Source of the DNA: Fonticula alba ATCC 38817
Taxonomy: Eukaryota > Protista > Nucleariida
Reading direction: 5' to 3' (one strand)
Length of the DNA: 39,926 bases
Assembly (NCBI GenBank): GCA_000388065.2
Contig: KB932204.1
Below are positions 36,312 through 39,926 of this stretch, piece after piece. The notes under the pieces were generated by a model. The model worked only from the letters and a program-made list of their open reading frames with translations, had not been told where the DNA came from and made no database searches. Numbering within the stretch: position 1 is the first letter of the stretch; each line of letters starts with the position of its first letter. Made by a program: the position numbers and the translations under genes.

Positions 36312-36966
36312 CGCGCTGTAGTGGAATCCCCATGTAAACGATAGATGAAGCAACACGTGAGTGAATTGCCACACGTGTTACATCGTGGGAATGATAGCAT
36401 CCCAGAACAGCATTCCTCGGAGAGGAATGCGGGGTAGAACAACAGCCAGGTGGCCGCCGAGGCCGAGCGGCATAAACGCTCGACCGAGGACGGAGATACG
36501 CGGGTGGGCGGGCCCAGCCGCGGGGTTCTCAGTTCCAACCCCTGACCGAGCCCAAAGGTCAAAAAGGGGGACTCTCGTTGAGAGCCTCCTGAGAGCGAAA
36601 GCCTTAGCAGCTGTGTGTCGAAGAGTATACGGAAGTATAGCCGAAGCACCAGTTAGGCCGACGAACACCTGTTCTAAGGCTTCCTCTCGAACCCTTTTTA
36701 ACATCCGAGTTCCTTTCTATTTTCGCTTGCCACTAACTCGTCTCAAGCCGAGTTACTGACTCATCTGGTAACAGACGACCGTGAACCGCTGGTTGGTATG
36801 TCCCCTCCTTCATGCCAAGAGGTTACTAACCAGGTGGCAGATCACACTGGTACCCTTCGTCAAGCCTCACTCACTTGACTTAGGCTTAACCCGTGTGAAC
36901 CCTGCTACACGCGCCTTTGCACCCCGGGAGGCCCGGCACTGGAAGGGTCTCGTGATATTATTTTGA
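36312..36966 (+). ncRNA. Unassigned large structured RNA candidate (~650 nt) with 3' Sm-like site
   Basis: Lower-GC island with no coding bias and many nested complementary segments found by eye. G-U pairs occur only in + orientation, 5' and 3' ends pair, there is a GGAA tetraloop, and AUUUUGA at 36960-36966. Boundaries approximate. Confidence 0.7.
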
Positions 36967-37173
36967 TTGTGGGTCGTCCACACGCGCACGGCGCTAGGTC
37001 CCCCTTTTCCGGGGGCGTTCCCCACCCGGGCCTGGGGGATGCCCGGACAGAGCCATCCCCCGCGCCTGGGCACGCGCGCGCGCGCACACACACACACACA
37101 CGCGCGCGCGCAACAGGAAAGGGGGGGGGGGGCGCTTCGCCGCGGCCACCGGCCGGCGGCCAGCCGGTGCGCA

Positions 37174-37461
37174 TCACATCTTGACCGGCGCATTAAACCG
37201 CTCGCCCGCCGGCGGCATGATCGTCGAGGACTCGGACAGGGCCTCCGGCGGGATCTGCTCCATGACCGTGCGGCGCTGGTGGATCTGCCTCGGGGGCGGA
37301 GTCACCTGCGGACCGGTGAAGAGCTTGCGCAGGATGAAGTACACGCCGCCGGCCGCCAGAAGCCCGGTCATGGCCACCACCGGCGTGGAGTTCCTCTCGC
37401 GGAAGCGGTTGACCCACATCCGCATGTTGCTGATGGGGTACTTGTAGAAGGGCGAGCTCAT
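37174..37461 (-). CDS. NDUFA4/B12D-like single-TM microprotein, 95 aa
   Basis: GC3-biased ORF MSSPFYKYP...; RERNSTPVVAMTGLLAAGGVYFILRKLFTGPQV resembles the NDUFA4 pattern P..P.F...G.G..G...Y..R.....P.V. TATA box upstream. Confidence 0.6.
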   Translation of the reverse strand: MSSPFYKYPISNMRMWVNRFRERNSTPVVAMTGLLAAGGVYFILRKLFTGPQVTPPPRQIHQRRTVMEQIPPEALSESSTIMPPAGERFNAPVKM

Positions 37462-37641
37462 GGTGGCAGTAGTCGGGCGGAAGCACGGCGCGGGGCGTCG
37501 GGGCGGGGGGGGGGACAGCAGACGGGGCTGACGGCGGAGAGGCTGGATCCCGCAGGCGTCAAGGAGGGAGGAGGCGAATACTCTCACGGGACAGGGCGAA
37601 AAATGCCGAGGCCCCTCCGGCTTCCCGAGCCCCGGCAGGCC

Positions 37642-37650
37642 CTTTTTATA
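37642..37650 (-). promoter_or_regulatory. TATA box of first B12D-like gene
   Basis: TATAAAAAG on the minus strand, about 180 nt upstream of ATG 37461. Confidence 0.55.
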
Positions 37651-38945
37651 TGCCCCCCGATCGGCGGCCCACGGCGGGGGCGAGGCGCAGATGCCCTGCA
37701 TGCTCCGGTCGAGAGGAACGGACGGGGGGGGNNNNNNNNNNNNNNNNNNNNNNNNNNNNNNNNNNNNNNNNNNNNNNNNNNNNNNNNNNNNNNNNNNNNN
37801 NNNNNNNNNNNNNNNNNNNNNNNNNNNNNNNNNNNNNNNNNNNNNNNNNNNNNNNNNNNNNNNNNNNNNNNNNNNNNNNNNNNNNNNNNNNNNNNNACAC
37901 ACACACACACACACTTGTGTCTTGCTGTGCACGCCCCAGGCCCCCGACCACAGCCGGGTCCGCCAAAATGGCCCAGAAAGGAAAAAAACACCAACCACGG
38001 GGGCCGGACAAAAGACCACAGTTAATCCCGGGTGCCGTAACCCGCGTAACGTCATTTTCAGGTAAATCGATTTTCGGCGGCGGTCCGTGAAAAGAGGCCG
38101 TTTGGTTAAAACCACTTGGAATTAATTCGGCGCCCGCCGTTGTTTGGGCCCCCCCCCCGGAGGACACGCCTCTTTCCCCTCAATGAGGGGGCCGGGGCAC
38201 AAACGGCACGCTCGGGGACGAGCACCTGCGGCGCCGGCCCGGCCCAGTTCCCAAAGCCAGCCCCCTCCCCGGTCCTCGCGCGGTTAGGAGAAGCGTGGGG
38301 GGAGGGGGACCCACATTCCGACACCCTTGGCGCTTGCTGTGTGAAAGGCCCCTCCTCACAGGGCAAAGGCAGGGAGTGGCGCCCTCCTCCCTCTCCCTCC
38401 TGCCCGGCCGGCGCGCGCACATGGCCAGGAGGAGGGGGGAGGCGAGGTCGGGGGGAGGCAACAAGGAGGAGAGAGAGTGAAGGCGATTTTTATATTGTTA
38501 CAGAGGGGGGGGGGGGCGGTGCGCAACTTGCACATGGCGCCCCGCTCTCGTAGAGCGGCCCGCCACACGAGCGGGGACCTATCCGGCTCAAGAGTGGCGG
38601 GGGGGGGGGGGGGGAATGCTCACACGAAAAAGGTCCACCAGGACCCGGAAGGACATATTTGAAGAGGAGGATGGGCGGGGCGCGCGGGAGGCGGGCGCAA
38701 AAGGAGCGTCGGAGGCCTCGGGTGGGGCGCTGCCAGGAGGCAGCGGGTGGGCTTCTCGCAGGCCGGGGCGCGGACCGCCGGCCGAGGCCGAGGCCGAAGC
38801 GCAACTTGCCGCGACTGGTGGGCAATGCTGTGTGGCGCATGGCGGACTCGCGGGCTGGGGGAGAAGAGGAGGCACACGGGGGCATGTGGGCTTGCGTGTG
38901 TGTGCGTACGTGGGCGCCCGCAAAGGAGGCCGCCCATTCAGACGC

Positions 38946-39149
38946 TCATGAGAGGTTGGGGAAGCGGTGGTAGTCGATCTTCGCCTCGGTGGAGAGGAGG
39001 ATATCCGACCCGCGGAGCTTTTTCCCCATGGTGTAGAAGGCGCCGGCAGTGACCACGCCCAGGAGGGCGAAGATGGGCAGGGCCGCGGGCTCACGCCAGT
39101 GGCGGAGGTTGGAGGCGACGGCCGAGGAGGTGCGGGCAGCGGCAGACAT
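38946..39149 (-). CDS. NDUFA4/B12D-like single-TM microprotein, 67 aa
   Basis: RHWREPAALPIFALLGVVTAGAFYTMGKKLRGSDILL resembles B12D W.RPE.YPLFA..GVA.G...F...R......V. GC3 bias; TATA box upstream. Confidence 0.7.
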   Translation of the reverse strand: MSAAARTSSAVASNLRHWREPAALPIFALLGVVTAGAFYTMGKKLRGSDILLSTEAKIDYHRFPNLS

Positions 39150-39260
39150 GGTGTTGGGAGGGGAGGGGGGAGTTTCTTGCGTGTTGTAGGGGGGGGGGGA
39201 TGCTTGAGCTGAGGGGTTGTTCTGTTGGCCCTGCTGGGAAGATTGCCCAGGCAGGGGGTC

Positions 39261-39268
39261 CTTTTATA
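39261..39268 (-). promoter_or_regulatory. TATA box of second B12D-like gene
   Basis: TATAAAAG on the minus strand, about 112 nt upstream of ATG 39149. Confidence 0.55.
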
Positions 39269-39926
39269 CCCGCACACAGGGCGCGGCCTGGGCCTGAGGC
39301 TCCGGGGAGGGGGGGGGGCCTAGCTCACGGAGGCGCGTGCCCTCTTTCAGGCGTGCCTCGCCGCGGACACGGCACGCCCCTGTTCGCCCTCCGCCCCCCC
39401 CCCCCCCCCCCCCCCCCCCTCCCTCTGGCCTCGGTGGCGGGGGGAGCGTCGCCGCGAGCCGGCAAGCGGCCGGCTTGCCGATCGCCGGCTCACGGCCCCG
39501 GCGCCGCCCTCCGTCCCCGCCTGCCCTGCCATTCGAGGACGCGGGGATGGCCGAACGGGAGGCTTCCGGGCCATTCTCGCTCGGCGAGCCCGGCAAGTGG
39601 GGCCGGCTCGGGGCAGCGACGTGAGACCCTCTCTCGTGCCCGGTGTCGATGGCATGGCGCACATCGCCGCCGGCTCCGGGCCCAGGGCCGGCAAGCGGTC
39701 AGGCGGGCCCCGCAGGGGGGCCGGGGCCGGAGGAAAGCCGGCCGGATTCCTCCCCTCCTCGCCCGTGCTGACCTTCCCTCGCGTCCGGGTCCCCGAGCGC
39801 CGAGTCAAGATGCCAGGTGCTGCCATCCCCCCGGCCCGATTGTTTGGACGGAATAAAAAAGATCCAAAGAAAACAACGGCCCCCTCTAAGAACAGGGCGC
39901 GGAGATCTGTTGTCCCCCCCCCCCCC

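Noticed and set aside
36725-36755. H-type pseudoknot GCTTG/CAAGC crossing TAACTCG/CGAGTTA
   Set aside because: Loop 3 would be 0 nt, which is sterically implausible with both stems fully formed; treated as alternative pairings.
36378-36759. 108-aa (-) and 132-aa (+) ORFs inside the low-GC island
   Set aside because: They lack the GC3 bias of real genes here and show no motifs; nested base-pairing explains the region better.
36312-36966. Specific assignment of the structured RNA as SRP, RNase P/MRP, U1/U2/U3, snR30 or group I intron
   Set aside because: Only fragmentary resemblances were seen (5' CGCUGUAGUGG like a fungal SRP start, GGAAUCCCC like MRP CR-I, GAAGUAUAGCC like group I S). The required partner motifs were not found in the right positions.

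Overview
GC-rich, intron-containing eukaryotic genomic DNA with nine N-gaps. Splice donors are GTGCGT/GTACGT/GTAAGT/GTATGT with fungal-type CTRAC branch points, and introns carry poly-C and (CT)n tracts. Style and gene content suggest a unicellular opisthokont, plausibly a Fonticula/nucleariid-like holomycote; this is inference, not verified. Most ORF-track entries are GC-rich shadow ORFs. Twelve protein genes could be built by hand: a secreted furin-like Cys-rich protein, an orphan five-HTH protein, an apolipoprotein-L-like protein, GINS Psf3, GPATCH4/Tma23, TRM61, the complex I NUXM/21-kDa subunit, U2A', a PRELI/Ups protein, PA200/Blm10, and two tandem NDUFA4/B12D-like microproteins. The most striking unexplained element is a ~650-nt lower-GC, end-closed, multi-branched structured RNA candidate (36312-36966, +) ending in an Sm-like site, which I could not assign to a known family. 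No CRISPR array, rRNA, tRNA or recognisable transposase was seen.
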